DNA from: an uncultured Chloroflexia bacterium
GTDB taxonomy: Bacteria > Chloroflexota > Dehalococcoidia > UBA2979
Assembly: GCA_963728205.1 (NCBI GenBank)
Contig: CAVSIV010000006.1
Span: 1,344,001-1,408,000 of the forward strand
Length of the DNA stretch: 64,000 nucleotides
Reading direction: 5' to 3'
Shown here: positions 19,831 through 30,718 of the stretch, one piece after another
Position numbering within the stretch: the first letter of the stretch is position 1
Layout of the letters: the number at the start of each line of letters is the position of its first letter
Notes under the pieces: generated by a model
What the model saw: the letters and a program-made list of their open reading frames with translations, nothing else
Databases searched by the model: none
Told to the model about the DNA's origin: nothing
Program-made: the position numbers and the translations under genes

Positions 19831-20767
19831 GCGAGCTCTCGTCAATCCAGGAAGACCTCATCGCGGCTCGTGAGCGCCTCTTCGCCATCAATCGCGCGAT
19901 CGCCCAGCACCCCGACTTCGGCAGCCCTCGTCTCTATGGCGCGCTCAGTTCGTCATCGGGCGGAGGCTCTGGAGCGCGAATTCTTGGACGCGGCGTCGGA
20001 TGCGGGTGTCGATGTCTGCCGTTACCAAGTGTTCTTGGCCGACGATGGTCCGCCGAGAGTTCAAGCGGTCAGCCGGGTTATAGATACATTCCAAACGTTG
20101 GTCACGACGGTTTATGCATCAATTCAGAATCGTGCGACGCGGGGTGTGGCCGGTCCGCTTCCGAAGGAGGCGGTAGACGCCACGTCATTCGGGCTTGGGT
20201 ACGTGTTCGTTGGATGCCGTTGGCATGGCGCTGACGATTCGGAACGAGCGGAACCTCTTCGGCGACTCTGCTCTCGACGACGCCATGGGCTTGGTGTTCG
20301 AGATGGCGAGATCAGACGCGCCGGCGCAACTTGCGAGCTTCGCCCAGCGGTTGGGTCCGCGGACCGTTCGCGCGCTCTATAACTGGACACGCTCACATCA
20401 GGCGAATGGGGTCGGCGTCGATATTCAGTGGCGCCGCGCGGAGACGCTGCGCGCGCGGCTCCTCATGCAGACGCCCGAGATAGGCAAGCTAGTGGCCGCC
20501 ATCGAGGCAGCCGGTGAACTGACCAGCGAATCGGTCACGCTGTCGATTCTATTGGTTGGAATTGATGCGGAGCGGAGCACATTCCATGCGCGGACGGATA
20601 ACGGAGACGGAATGACAGGAACTATTGGTGCGGATCTATCGCTTAGTAATCCCGCCCACGTTCCGGGACGCTACACGGCACATTTAACGCGACAGGTATA
20701 CCGACAATATTCGTATGAGGAAGATGTCGTTACGTGGGCGCTCGACAGCCTCGAGCCAGTGTCCTAG
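19827..20767 (+). CDS. Hypothetical protein, frameshifted, translationally coupled to upstream gene
   Basis: ATGA overlap; three consecutive ORF pieces (19827, 19870, 20195) read as one protein. Confidence 0.6.
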
Positions 20768-21235
20768 GCCCGCCGCGGGCACGGCGCCGCACCGAGTTCT
20801 CCTCGCTCCCACTGGACTTAGCGTCGGCCCGGTGACATCAGGGCGAGCATCGCGGTCTCCCCACCCTCCGTCACCGACCTTCCGGGACCACCACGTACAG
20901 CCGCGATACGCCGGTAATAGCAGAGAAGCTCCCGGCGACGATCGCGCCGAGCATCGTCAGCACGGCCAGCGCAACTACAAGCTCGCGCGGGGCGAGATTG
21001 CCGGTCGCGGTTCCATGCGCGCGATCGTACGGCGGCGTGAAGCAGCTCGGCGGTCAATAGCGAGACGCGCGGGTATGCGCGAGGCCGGACAGGGCGAGCC
21101 TGTTCCATGAAGGCGGGTCAGGGTTCATCGCGAGCGGCGCGGGGGGGAATACCGTGCCGCTCGCCGTCGAGCCGGCTCGGGCAGATGCGTGCCCCAGCGT
21201 GCGGCCACGCCGCCGTCCCCATAACCTGAAGGACC

Positions 21236-22813
21236 ATGATCTTCGCGGAAGACGTCCAGAAGTCGTTCGGCGGCGACGATGTGCTCGCCGGTGTCACCTT
21301 CTCCATCGGGGACGGCGAGCGCGTGGGGCTCGTCGGGCCCAACGGGAGCGGGAAGTCCACGCTCCTGCGCATCATCGCGGGGCAGTCGGCGCCCGACCGC
21401 GGCCGCGCCGGCCACCGCGGCGGCGACCTGGAGTTCCTGCGCCAGGAGGCGGGGCTCGACGACGACCTCCCGCTCGTCGAGGAGATGTGGAAGGCGTTCC
21501 CCGAGGCCGTCGCCGTCCAGGCGCAGCTCGACGCCGTCGCGGGTCGCCTCGAGCGCGGCGAGGGCGACCTCGACGCGCTGATCGAGGAGCAGGCCCGCCT
21601 CTTCGAGCGCTTCGAGGCGCTCGACGGCTACCGCGTCGAGAAGCGCATCGGCCGCGTGCTCGCCGGCCTCGGCTTCGCCCCCACCGACCACGAGCGCCCC
21701 TGCGGCGATTTCTCCGGTGGCTGGCAGATGCGCGTCGCGCTGGCGAAGGTGCTCGTCGACCGCCCGCAGCACATCCTGCTCGACGAGCCGACGAACCACC
21801 TCGACGCCGCCGCGCGCGACTGGCTCGGCGACGAGCTGTCGGAGTACCCGGGCACGGTGCTGCTCGTCACGCACGACGGCGCGTTCATGGACTACGTGGT
21901 CACGCGCGTGATCGAGCTGCGCGACGGCGGCGCCGAATCGTACACCGGCAACTACAGCGACTACCAGCGCCAGAAGGCCGAGCGCATCCACGCGGTCGAC
22001 CAGGCTGCGGCACGCCAGGAGCGCGAGCTGACGCGCCAGCAGAAGTTCATCAACCGCTTCCGCGCGACGGCGACGAAGGCCACCGCGGTGAAGAGCCGCG
22101 AGAAGGCGGTCGCGCGCGTGCAACGCGTGGAGCGCATCCGCGAGGAGGGCGAGGTCCACTTCCGGCTGGAGTCGGCCGGGCGGACGGAGCTGGACGTGCT
22201 GCGGGTCGAGCACGTGGGCTACGAGTACGAGGACGGCCACCCGGTGCTGGTCGACGTGAACCTGCACGTCGAGCGCGGGCAGAAGGTCGTGCTGATCGGC
22301 CCGAACGGCGGGGGAAAGTCGACGCTGCTGCGGATCCTCGCGGGGCGGCTCGAGCCGCTCGAGGGCCTGGTGGAGTGGGCGCCGCGGGCGCGTCGCGGCT
22401 ACTACGACCAGCACCAGGACGAGGCGCTCGAGCGCTCGCGGACGGTGCTGGAGGAGGTGCGCACGGCGGCGGGCCCGGAGCGGCCGGACGGCGCGCTGCG
22501 CGGCGTGCTCGGCCGCTTCCTCTTCACCGGCGACGACGCGATGAAGCCGGTGGCGGTGCTCTCCGGCGGCGAGCGCAGCCGGGTGGCGCTGGCGAAGTTC
22601 CTGATCCAGCCGTCGAACGTGCTGCTGCTCGACGAGCCGACGAACCACCTGGACATCACGACGCGCCGCAAGCTCGTCGACGCACTGGACGCGTACGACG
22701 GCACGATCATCTGCGCGAGCCACGACGAGGCGATCGTGGACAAGGTGGCGACGCGCGTGTTCGAGGTGCAGGCAGGGGAGGTCCGGGAGCTCGAGGAGCG
22801 GCGGCGGCTGTAG
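21236..22813 (+). CDS. ABC-F family ATP-binding protein
   Basis: Two ABC domains (GPNGSGKST, FSGGW, LLDEPTNHLD; GPNGGGKST, LSGGE); no TM segments. Confidence 0.93.
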   Translation: MIFAEDVQKSFGGDDVLAGVTFSIGDGERVGLVGPNGSGKSTLLRIIAGQSAPDRGRAGHRGGDLEFLRQEAGLDDDLPLVEEMWKAFPEAVAVQAQLDAVAGRLERGEGDLDALIEEQARLFERFEALDGYRVEKRIGRVLAGLGFAPTDHERPCGDFSGGWQMRVALAKVLVDRPQHILLDEPTNHLDAAARDWLGDELSEYPGTVLLVTHDGAFMDYVVTRVIELRDGGAESYTGNYSDYQRQKAERIHAVDQAAARQERELTRQQKFINRFRATATKATAVKSREKAVARVQRVERIREEGEVHFRLESAGRTELDVLRVEHVGYEYEDGHPVLVDVNLHVERGQKVVLIGPNGGGKSTLLRILAGRLEPLEGLVEWAPRARRGYYDQHQDEALERSRTVLEEVRTAAGPERPDGALRGVLGRFLFTGDDAMKPVAVLSGGERSRVALAKFLIQPSNVLLLDEPTNHLDITTRRKLVDALDAYDGTIICASHDEAIVDKVATRVFEVQAGEVRELEERRRL

Positions 22814-22931
22814 GCCGCTACCTGCGCGCCCGGCGGACGCGTCCGCCGGCGGCGCACCGCACGCGTCCCGCGTGCGGCTACCGTTGCGGACCGCCGGTTG
22901 TGGCCGGCCGCGTGGGCTCGTGCCCCCGCCC

Positions 22932-23055
22932 GCCAAAGCGGCGGCAGACATGCCGCCGACAGGTCCGCGGCCGCGAGCCGCGTCCCCGCCGCGCGGGGCC
23001 CGCAGCGACCTGGTGGTCGCGATTTGTCGGCGGCATATCTGCCGCCGCTTTGGCG
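22932..23055. repeat. REPIN-like inverted pair, REP family A
   Basis: GCCAAAGCGGCGGCAGACATGCCGCCGACA ... TGTCGGCGGCATATCTGCCGCCGCTTTGGC. Confidence 0.85.
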
Positions 23056-23130
23056 CGGGCGGGCCCGCGCGGCCGCGGCGCCTGCCGCGGTCGTACACTT
23101 CGCCTCCATTTCGCGGCGTGAGGCAGGTTC

Positions 23131-24213
23131 GTGCGCCAGGAAGTCCGCTTCGCGATCTCCGCCGACGGCACGCGGCTCGCCTGGGCCCGCCATGGCTCGG
23201 GGCCGCCGCTGCTGCGTGTCGCCACGTGGCTGACCCACATCGAGCACGACTGGGAGAGCCCGATCTGGTCGCACTGGCTGGAGGCGCTCGGCCGGCGCTT
23301 CACGGTCATTCGCTACGACGAGCGCGGCTGCGGCCTCTCCGATCGTGAGCCGCGCGACTTGTCGCTGCAGGCCTGGCTGGCCGACGCCGAGGCCGTCGCC
23401 GACGCCGCAGGTCTCGAACGCTTCGCCCTGCTGGGCCTCTCGCAGGCCGGAGCGGTGGCGACGGCCTACGCGGCCGCGCATCCCGAGCGCGTGTCACACG
23501 TGATCCTCTGCGGCGCGTACGCGCGCGGGCAGCTGCGACGGGGCGACGTCGAGACCGCGCGCGAGAACCTCGAGCTGAACCAGTCGGTCATGCGGCTCGG
23601 CTGGGGCCGTGCGAACCCGGCGTTCCGCCGCACCTTCACCTCGCGCTTCGCTCCGGACGCGAGCGCCGAGCAGTTGAGCTGGTACGACGATCTCGCACGG
23701 CGTTCCACCAGCCCGGAGATGGCCGTCCGGCTGTCCGCCGCGCGGGCCGAGATCGACGTGACCGACGTCGCGCCCCTGGTCCGTGCACCCACGCTGGTCG
23801 TGCACGCCGGCGGAGACGAGGCCGTGCCGTTCGAGGAAGGTCGGCGCCTCGCGGCCCTGATCCCCGACGCGCGCTTCGTGCTCATCGACAGTCGGAACCA
23901 CATCCTGTTGCCGGACGAGCCGGCATGGACGACGTTCCTCGCGGCGATTGATGAGCTCACGGGCGGCCGGGCTGCGCCGTCGACCTCTGAGCGGTCGCCG
24001 GCGATCCGGCTCGCCGCGCGGGAACTCGAGGTGCTTCGCCTGGTCGCGGCCGGCTGCTCGAACGACGAGATCGCGGGCCGCCTCTACCTCAGCGTCCGCA
24101 CGGTCGAGCGACACCTGGGCAACATCTACGCCAGGCTCGGGCTCACCGGGCGCTCCGCACGCGCGGCCGCGGCCGCGCAACTCGAGCAACTCGAGCGAGA
24201 GGTTGGCGGTTAG
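23131..24213 (+). CDS. Alpha/beta hydrolase fused to LuxR HTH (regulator)
   Basis: [16 protein letters not shown] and C-terminal [19 protein letters not shown]...TVERH. Confidence 0.9.
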   Translation: MRQEVRFAISADGTRLAWARHGSGPPLLRVATWLTHIEHDWESPIWSHWLEALGRRFTVIRYDERGCGLSDREPRDLSLQAWLADAEAVADAAGLERFALLGLSQAGAVATAYAAAHPERVSHVILCGAYARGQLRRGDVETARENLELNQSVMRLGWGRANPAFRRTFTSRFAPDASAEQLSWYDDLARRSTSPEMAVRLSAARAEIDVTDVAPLVRAPTLVVHAGGDEAVPFEEGRRLAALIPDARFVLIDSRNHILLPDEPAWTTFLAAIDELTGGRAAPSTSERSPAIRLAARELEVLRLVAAGCSNDEIAGRLYLSVRTVERHLGNIYARLGLTGRSARAAAAAQLEQLEREVGG

Positions 24214-24351
24214 CCGCCGCTCCCCGGCGTCCACCTGGCGGGTACCCCCGATGCCGGGCGCTTCGCTCGCGCGCACTCTGCGCGCAGCAGCACGACGAGG
24301 CCGGCGCCGCCGTCCGCAGTCGTGCGTGACTGACACGGAGGGGGAGAAGCG

Positions 24352-24570
24352 ATGCCACTGATCCAGGTCAAGGTGATCGAAGGGGTGTTCTCGGACGCCC
24401 AGAAGAGCGAGATCGTCGGCAAGCTGACCGACGCCATGGTCTCGATCGAAGGCGAGAACCTGCGCCCGGTCACGTGGGTGCTCGTCGAGGAGGTCAAGAG
24501 CGGCGACTGGGGAATCGGCGGTCGGGGCCTGGCGGCAGCGGACGTGCAGGCGATGGCGGCGGGCGGCTAG
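24352..24570 (+). CDS. 4-oxalocrotonate tautomerase family protein
   Basis: 72 aa with Pro-1 (MPLIQVKVIEG) and WGIGG. Confidence 0.9.
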   Translation: MPLIQVKVIEGVFSDAQKSEIVGKLTDAMVSIEGENLRPVTWVLVEEVKSGDWGIGGRGLAAADVQAMAAGG

Positions 24571-24637
24571 GAACAGCGCCCGGCGAGCCGGTCTCCCCGG
24601 GCGGTGAGAGTCGGCGCGGACAGCAAGGGAGAGCGAC

Positions 24638-25594
24638 ATGCACGGCGCGGGCGCGGTTCGGGGCGTCGAGTTCGATTCCCAGGGGATCCTGCTGCGCGGC
24701 CGACTGTACGAGTCGGCCGCGCGGACCCCCGCGCCCGCGCTGATCATGGCGCACGGCTTCAGCGCGACGATCGACGGCATGGTGGCCGACCGCTACGCCG
24801 AGGCGTTGCAGGCGGCCGGACTGACGGTGCTGCTCTACGACCATCCGTATCTCGGGCGGAGCGGCGGCGAGCCGCGGCATCGGATCAGCGCCTGGCGACA
24901 GGCGCGGGGCCTCATCGACGCGTTCGCGTTCCTCGCGCGAGAGCCGGGCGTGCTGCCCGATCGCATCGGCTTCTGGGGCGACAGCCTGAGCGCCGGGGTC
25001 GCGATGCTCGCCGCGGTGGCCGAGCCGCGGGTCGCGGCACTGATCGCGCAGGTGCCATCCTGCGGCGGCGACGTGCCGCCGGCGGCACCCGACGGCGACG
25101 AGGACCGCGCCGACCGCGCCTACGCCGAAGCGGTTCGCGAAACGCTGGCGCGCGACCTTGATGCCGGGGCCTTCGACGAGCGACCGGAGCGGCCGGTCGT
25201 GGCGGCCGACCAGCTTGCGCAGCCCTCGTGGCTGGAACCGCTGAGCGCCTTCCGCTGGTTCGTGGAGTACGGCGGCCGGTTCGGAACCGGCTGGGCGAAC
25301 CGGGCCACGCGCGCCGAGCCGGCGGGGGCCCCCGCGTACCTGCCGGTGCGCTGCGCCTCCCAGCTGCGGATGCCGGTGCTGTTCGTGGTCGCGCGCAACG
25401 ACGAGATGCCCGGCAGCCGCGAGGACGTTGCCCGGGACACGTTCGCCCGGCTGGCAGGGGAGAAGGAACTGCTCGAGATCGAAGGCGGCCACTTCGGCCT
25501 GCTCCACCACCCGAGCGCGATTTTCGATCAGGTGGCCGCGGCGCAGGCGTCGTTCGCGCGGACACACCTCGCGTACTCGGCTTCGCCGGTGTAA
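24638..25594 (+). CDS. Alpha/beta hydrolase
   Basis: IMAHGFS, GRSGGEPR, WGDSLS nucleophile elbow, GGHFG. Confidence 0.88.
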   Translation: MHGAGAVRGVEFDSQGILLRGRLYESAARTPAPALIMAHGFSATIDGMVADRYAEALQAAGLTVLLYDHPYLGRSGGEPRHRISAWRQARGLIDAFAFLAREPGVLPDRIGFWGDSLSAGVAMLAAVAEPRVAALIAQVPSCGGDVPPAAPDGDEDRADRAYAEAVRETLARDLDAGAFDERPERPVVAADQLAQPSWLEPLSAFRWFVEYGGRFGTGWANRATRAEPAGAPAYLPVRCASQLRMPVLFVVARNDEMPGSREDVARDTFARLAGEKELLEIEGGHFGLLHHPSAIFDQVAAAQASFARTHLAYSASPV

Positions 25595-25682
25595 CCGGCG
25601 ATCCCAGGCAGTTCGAGCTTCGAGGGACTGCCGGCGGCCCGTCTGCCGCCGCGTCGGCGTGGCCGCTATCCGGCTCGAGCCG

Positions 25683-26318
25683 TCACTTCCACGTCACTAC
25701 CTCCTCCAACGGCCGGCGCACGGCCGGCCGGAAGTCCTCGCCGGTGTAGTACGCCACCGGCAGCAGCGGGCCCTGCTCGAGCTCGGGAGGCAGCCCCAGC
25801 ACCTCCGCCACCTCGTCCGCGCGCTCGAGGTGCGTGGTGGTGATGGCGGCGCCGAGCCCGCGGGCGCGCGCGGCGAGCATGAACGACCACACGGCGGGGT
25901 ACAGCGAGCCCCAGTAGCCGGCCTCGGAGAGCGCGGGGCCGCGGTAGACGTGGTCCATGCAGGCGAGCAGCAGCACGGGAACGTCGCCCATGTGGTCGGC
26001 GAGGACGTCCTCGGCGGCCTCGTTGCGAGCGCGGCGGCGCGAGCGGGGGTCGTCGTCGGCGTAGCGCATGGGGTCGCCCTCGACGCGGTAGGCGCGGAAG
26101 ATCTCGCCGTAGATGGCGCCGACGCCGCGCCGCAGCTCCGGGTCGGTGATCACGACGAAGTGCCACGCCTGCGCGTTCGTGCCGGTGGGGGCCTGGGTCG
26201 CGACGCGCAGGCACTCCTCGATCAGCGCGGGCGGGACGGGGCGCGCGAGGTCGAGCCGGCGGCGCACGGTGCGCGTGGTCGTGAGCAGGCGGTCGACCGT
26301 GGCGAGGTCGAAGGGCAT
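25683..26318 (-). CDS. Nitroreductase family protein
   Basis: LLTTTRTVRRRLD...QAPTGTNAQAWHFVV...SFMLAARARGLG. Confidence 0.9.
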   Translation of the reverse strand: MPFDLATVDRLLTTTRTVRRRLDLARPVPPALIEECLRVATQAPTGTNAQAWHFVVITDPELRRGVGAIYGEIFRAYRVEGDPMRYADDDPRSRRRARNEAAEDVLADHMGDVPVLLLACMDHVYRGPALSEAGYWGSLYPAVWSFMLAARARGLGAAITTTHLERADEVAEVLGLPPELEQGPLLPVAYYTGEDFRPAVRRPLEEVVTWK

Positions 26319-26370
26319 GGGCGGCTCCGATCGGTGGCGGAGGTGAGTGTAGGTCGCGCGGCCGACCGGC

Positions 26371-26497
26371 CGCCAAAGCGGCGCCAGACATGGCGCCGAC
26401 AGGGACGCGGCGCGAGCCGCGTCCACCCGTGGCGGGCGGCACCTGTCGCAACCTGCCGGTCGCGGCCTGCCGGCGGCATGTCTGCCGCCGCTGTGGC
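26371..26497. repeat. REPIN-like inverted pair, REP family A
   Basis: CGGCGCCAGACATGGCGCCG (compensatory variant) and inverted CGGCGGCATGTCTGCCGCCGCTGTGG. Confidence 0.8.
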
Positions 26498-26577
26498 GGG
26501 CCGGTCGGCCGCTGCGGGCCAACGCCGACGTGACGGTCCAGCCCTGGCGCCGTGCCGCCGGCGCGCCTGTGCTCGCC

Positions 26578-27915
26578 TCAGTCTCCCGCGCTCGCCGGCG
26601 CCGGCCGCGCCTCGGCCGCGCCTGTCGTCGCGCGCCGCAACGCCGGCCACGCCACCAGCAGCGCACCCACCACCGCCACCTGCGTCACCGCCAGCACGGG
26701 GTACAGCACGCGCAGCGACACCAGCTCGCCGGCGGCGGCGAGCGGGAACGTGACGAACTGCGCGAGGCCCTGGTTGAGCATCAGGATGCTGAACACGCGC
26801 CCGCGCACCTCGTTCGGCACGAGGTGCTGCAACAGCGTGATGGCGGCGACGTTCGTGCTCGCGATGCCCGCGCCGAGCCCGATGTTGCCGATCACCGCGG
26901 TGGGCACGGTCGCGACCGAGAACACGACGAACGAGAGCGCGAACCCGATCGCCCCGAGCGCGAGCACGCGGCCCCAGCGCTCGATGCGCATCGCGCGGCG
27001 CGCGAGCAGCGCCGAGGCGACGAAGGCGCCGGCGCCCCAGCCCATCGCGACCCAGCCGAAGTCGCGCACGGGGACGCCGACGACGGTGGTGATCCACGTC
27101 GGCCCGAGGTTCGCGACGGCGGGCTGGCCGAGCCCGGAGACGAGCAGCGTGACGGTGATGACGCCGAGCACGAGCCCGTGCCCGCGCGCGTAGGCGAACC
27201 CGGAGCGGACGTCGGCGGCAGTGTTGCCGAGGATGCCGGCGATGCCGGCCGACCGGCGGGGGACCGCGGCCGCCTCGCCGACGTCGCGGGCGCGCGGCGA
27301 GGCGTAGCGCATCGCGAGCAGCGCGGCGACGACGACGACGTTGCCGGCGACGGTGATCGCGTACGCGCCGCTGAACCCGAGCGCGTCCACGACGAAGCCG
27401 GAGGCGAAGAGCGAGAGCGGCAGCGAGACCTGCCCGCCGGCGCTGTTCAGCGAGAAGCCGGCGGGGGCGAGCTGCGGGCCGAGGACGTCGGGGACCATCG
27501 CCTGGCGCGTGGGGGTGTCGACGGCGCTGAAGGCGGCGGCGACGAACGTGAGCGCGAAGAAGGCGGCGAGCGTGGGCAGATCGGCGCGGCCGCGGATCAT
27601 CACAGCGGCGATCCCGAGGTTGACGGCGACGGCGCACGCCTGGCTGGCGAGGAGCAGGCGGCGGCGGTCGAAGCGGTCCGCGAGCGCGCCCCCGATGAGC
27701 CCGAACGGCAGCGCGCCGGCGCCGCGCACGGCGGCGAGCGCGCCCACCAGCAGCACGCGGGTGTCCGCGGGCGCGACGTGCTGGATCCAGAAGATCTGCG
27801 TGACGAAGCGCATCGGCATCATCGCCTGCCCGGCGACGACGGCGAGGAAGAGCAGGCGGTAGTCGCGCACGCTCAGGGGCGACGTGGGAGCGTGGCCGTC
27901 GGGTGCGCGCGACAT
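26578..27915 (-). CDS. MFS transporter
   Basis: GGALADRFDRRRLL motif A; about 12 hydrophobic segments. Confidence 0.9.
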   Translation of the reverse strand: MSRAPDGHAPTSPLSVRDYRLLFLAVVAGQAMMPMRFVTQIFWIQHVAPADTRVLLVGALAAVRGAGALPFGLIGGALADRFDRRRLLLASQACAVAVNLGIAAVMIRGRADLPTLAAFFALTFVAAAFSAVDTPTRQAMVPDVLGPQLAPAGFSLNSAGGQVSLPLSLFASGFVVDALGFSGAYAITVAGNVVVVAALLAMRYASPRARDVGEAAAVPRRSAGIAGILGNTAADVRSGFAYARGHGLVLGVITVTLLVSGLGQPAVANLGPTWITTVVGVPVRDFGWVAMGWGAGAFVASALLARRAMRIERWGRVLALGAIGFALSFVVFSVATVPTAVIGNIGLGAGIASTNVAAITLLQHLVPNEVRGRVFSILMLNQGLAQFVTFPLAAAGELVSLRVLYPVLAVTQVAVVGALLVAWPALRRATTGAAEARPAPASAGD

Positions 27916-28095
27916 GCGCGGGAGCATAGCGCCGCCGCCCCCGGCGAACCGTCCGGGCAACACCCACTCGCGCGGGAGCCGAGACGGCCGCCGCCCGGCC
28001 CGGACCGGGCGCGGGGTCGCAACCTCATTTTCCAGTCTGATAGGGTCGCGCGCGACCGCCGGAGAGTCACCTTGACCGGGAGAGCGATCCGCCAC

Positions 28096-29127
28096 GTGAC
28101 GACGCGACTGTCCCTCACGCGCGACCAGATCCTCGCGCACCGGCGACGCGCGCAGGCGCTCGATGCGCGGCTTCCGCCGGGCGCCGGCTCGCTGCGCCGC
28201 GCGGCGTGGGCGGGGCTGCAGGACAGCATGCCGCGCGCCGCGCTGCTCTCGATCCACGCCCGCGTCGAGGGCGCCGGCCCGTCGGCATGGGAGCACGCGT
28301 CGCTCGTCCAGCTCTGGGGGCCGCGCTTCAACGCGTACGTCGTCGCGGCGCGCGACCGCGCGGCGTTCTCGCTGGGGCGGCTGCCCGACGACGCCCGCGG
28401 CCGGCGGCGGGCGGAGGACGTCGCCGCGCGCCTGCACGCGTTCCTCGACGGCCGCCGCATGGCGTACGGCGAGGCGGGACGCGGGGTCGGCGTGCATCCC
28501 AACGCGCTGCGCTACGCGGCGCCCACGGGGACCGTCCTCATCCGCTGGGACGGCGCGCGACTGCCCGAGGTCTGGACGGCGCCGGCGCCGGAGATCGACT
28601 CCCGCGAGGCGCGCCTCGAGCTCGCGCGCCGCTACCTGCACCTCTTCGGGCCGACGACGCCCGCGGCGTTCCGCCGGTGGGCCGGCATCGGCCAGGCGCA
28701 GGCGCGCGAGGCGTTCGTCGCGCTCGGCGACGCGCTCCTGCCGGCGGCGACGCCGATCGGCGAGGGGTGGATCCTCGCTGCCGACGAGCCGTCGTTCCGT
28801 GCCGCCGCGGCGCCGGCGGCGGGCGCGCGGCTCCTCCCGAGCGGCGACGCGTACTTCCTCCTCCACGGCGCCGATCGCGAGCTGCTGGTGCCCGACGCGG
28901 CGCGGCGCGGCGAGCTCTGGACGCCGCGCGTGTGGCCGGGTGCGCTGCTCGTCGACGGCGAGATCGCCGGGACGTGGCGGCGGGCGAACGCGGACATGAC
29001 GGTTCACACGTGGCGCCGGCTGTCGCCGGAGCAGCGCGAGGCGGTCGAGGCGGAGGCGGCGTCGCTGCCGTTGCCGGGCGTCGAGGGTCCGGTGAGCGTG
29101 ACGTGGGTCGACGCAGCGCGCGCATAG
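28096..29127 (+). CDS. Winged-helix AlkZ/YcaQ-like DNA glycosylase family protein
   Basis: GLQDSMPRAALLSIHAR, RRYLHLFGPTT, LLVDGEIAGTW. Confidence 0.82.
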   Translation: MTTRLSLTRDQILAHRRRAQALDARLPPGAGSLRRAAWAGLQDSMPRAALLSIHARVEGAGPSAWEHASLVQLWGPRFNAYVVAARDRAAFSLGRLPDDARGRRRAEDVAARLHAFLDGRRMAYGEAGRGVGVHPNALRYAAPTGTVLIRWDGARLPEVWTAPAPEIDSREARLELARRYLHLFGPTTPAAFRRWAGIGQAQAREAFVALGDALLPAATPIGEGWILAADEPSFRAAAAPAAGARLLPSGDAYFLLHGADRELLVPDAARRGELWTPRVWPGALLVDGEIAGTWRRANADMTVHTWRRLSPEQREAVEAEAASLPLPGVEGPVSVTWVDAARA

Positions 29128-29220
29128 CGCGCGCGGGTCGCGCGGTCAGAGTCGGCGCGGTCGGCGTGGGTGCTGGTCATGGTGCGCGTGCCGGGCATGC
29201 GGGGCCCGGCGGTCCCGCAT

Positions 29221-29251
29221 CTGTCGGCGGCATGTCTGCCGCCGCTGTGGG
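29221..29251. repeat. REP family A single copy
   Basis: CTGTCGGCGGCATGTCTGCCGCCGCTGTGGG. Confidence 0.85.
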
Positions 29252-29286
29252 TGCGGCTGCCCGCGTCCGGCCGGTGGGTGCCCGCG

Positions 29287-30465
29287 TTACCGCGCGGGCA
29301 CCCACTCGGGCAGCGCGTTCTCGGCGAGCTCGCCCGCCGGCGCGAGCGTGGCCACGTGCGTGACGCACGACCCGTCGGCCTTCGCGACGAACAGCCCGTG
29401 CTCGCCGTCGCGCTCACTGACGAACGAGAGCCAGCCGCCGTCGGGTGACCACGAGGGGAACATGTCGCTGTGCGCCTGCGTGCCGGTATCGAGCGGGCGC
29501 GCGTTGCCGCCGTCGGCGTCCGCGACCATGACGGCGAACCGTCCCTCGCCCCCGGCCGGCGCGAACCACGCGAGGTGCGCACCGTCGGGCGACCAGTCCG
29601 GGCGGTTCACGTCGCCGTCGAGCGACCGGACGGCGCCGCCGGCGGCCTCGGCGACCTGACCGTCGTAGGCGACCTGCTTGCCGTCGGGCGACCACGTCGG
29701 GGCGTGCAGCGGCATGCCGGGCGCGTCCATCAGCCGGAGGAAGCCGCTGCCGTCGGGACGGACGACGTCGACCTCCGGGCCGGCCGCGGGGGCCGCGCCG
29801 GGGCGGCGGACGGTGGCGATGAGAGAGCCGTCGGGCGACCAGGTCGGGAAGAGGTGGTCGGACGGGTCCTTGCTGACGGGCTGCTGGTCGGAGCCGTCGG
29901 CGTTCATCACCGACAGCGCGAGGATGCTGTCGCGGGCCGATACGAACGCGACGCGGCTGCCGTCGGGCGCCCACGCCGGGTAGGCGTCGCCACCGGTCGT
30001 GTCCGTGAGCCGACGCTCGGCACCGCCGAGGTCGAGGCGGTCGATGCTCGGGATTGTGGTGCCGCCCTCGCCCGGTCGACCGCGGACGATGAGCACCGAG
30101 GCGCCGGACGGCGACCAGGCCATGTCGAGAATCGTGCCGTGCTCGCTGTCGTCCGAGGCGATCTTCGTGGCGCCGCTGCCGTCCGCGGCGGCGGCGTAGA
30201 TGGCGCCCTCGGCGCGAACGAAGTAGGCGAGGCGGTCGGCGGGGTAGGCGCAGGAAACGTTGTCGGCGGCGGCGGCGGTCGCGGTGGCGGTGGGCGACCC
30301 GGTAGCGGTGCCGGCGGGCGACCCGGCGGCCGGAGGCGTGGTTGGGACGGGCGACGCGGTGCCGGCGACACCGCCGGAGCAGGCGGCGACGACGGCGGCC
30401 ACGGCGGCCACGGCGAGGATCAGCAGGGCGCGCAGCGGGCGGCTGGCGACGGCGAGTGGGTGCAT
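29287..30465 (-). CDS. TolB-like PD40-repeat lipoprotein
   Basis: Lipobox VAAC; repeated PxWSPDG. Confidence 0.85.
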   Translation of the reverse strand: MHPLAVASRPLRALLILAVAAVAAVVAACSGGVAGTASPVPTTPPAAGSPAGTATGSPTATATAAAADNVSCAYPADRLAYFVRAEGAIYAAAADGSGATKIASDDSEHGTILDMAWSPSGASVLIVRGRPGEGGTTIPSIDRLDLGGAERRLTDTTGGDAYPAWAPDGSRVAFVSARDSILALSVMNADGSDQQPVSKDPSDHLFPTWSPDGSLIATVRRPGAAPAAGPEVDVVRPDGSGFLRLMDAPGMPLHAPTWSPDGKQVAYDGQVAEAAGGAVRSLDGDVNRPDWSPDGAHLAWFAPAGGEGRFAVMVADADGGNARPLDTGTQAHSDMFPSWSPDGGWLSFVSERDGEHGLFVAKADGSCVTHVATLAPAGELAENALPEWVPAR

Positions 30466-30672
30466 GAGCGTCCTCCGGTGCCGGTCGTGCCGGCTGCCTC
30501 CATAGGCGAGCATCGGTGTGGTGCCTCGCGCGAGGGGGACGCGCCTCGCGGGCTGCTGATCACAGAACGATCGCCGGCCGCCGCCAGTTCCCACGGCAGA
30601 GGCCGATCCGGCGCCGACCGATCGCGACCGGCCCCGTCGCGGCGCCGCGCGGATCCGGCGTGCGCCGCGGCC

Positions 30673-30703
30673 CTGTCGGCGGCATGTCTGCCGCCGCTGT
30701 GGG
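30673..30703. repeat. REP family A single copy
   Basis: Identical to the 29221 copy. Confidence 0.85.
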
Positions 30704-30718
30704 TGGCGCGGCGCGCCG

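Larger units (their letters stand above)
14333..21110. mobile_element. Lower-GC accessory/defence island; boundaries approximate, no integrase seen
   Basis: Shift away from host GC3-rich codon usage over much of the region; Fic, HTH, RT and nucleotidyltransferase cargo. Confidence 0.6.

Noticed and set aside
20770-21110. Additional island gene or att site
   Set aside because: No coherent ORF, and no direct repeat matching the left boundary could be identified by eye
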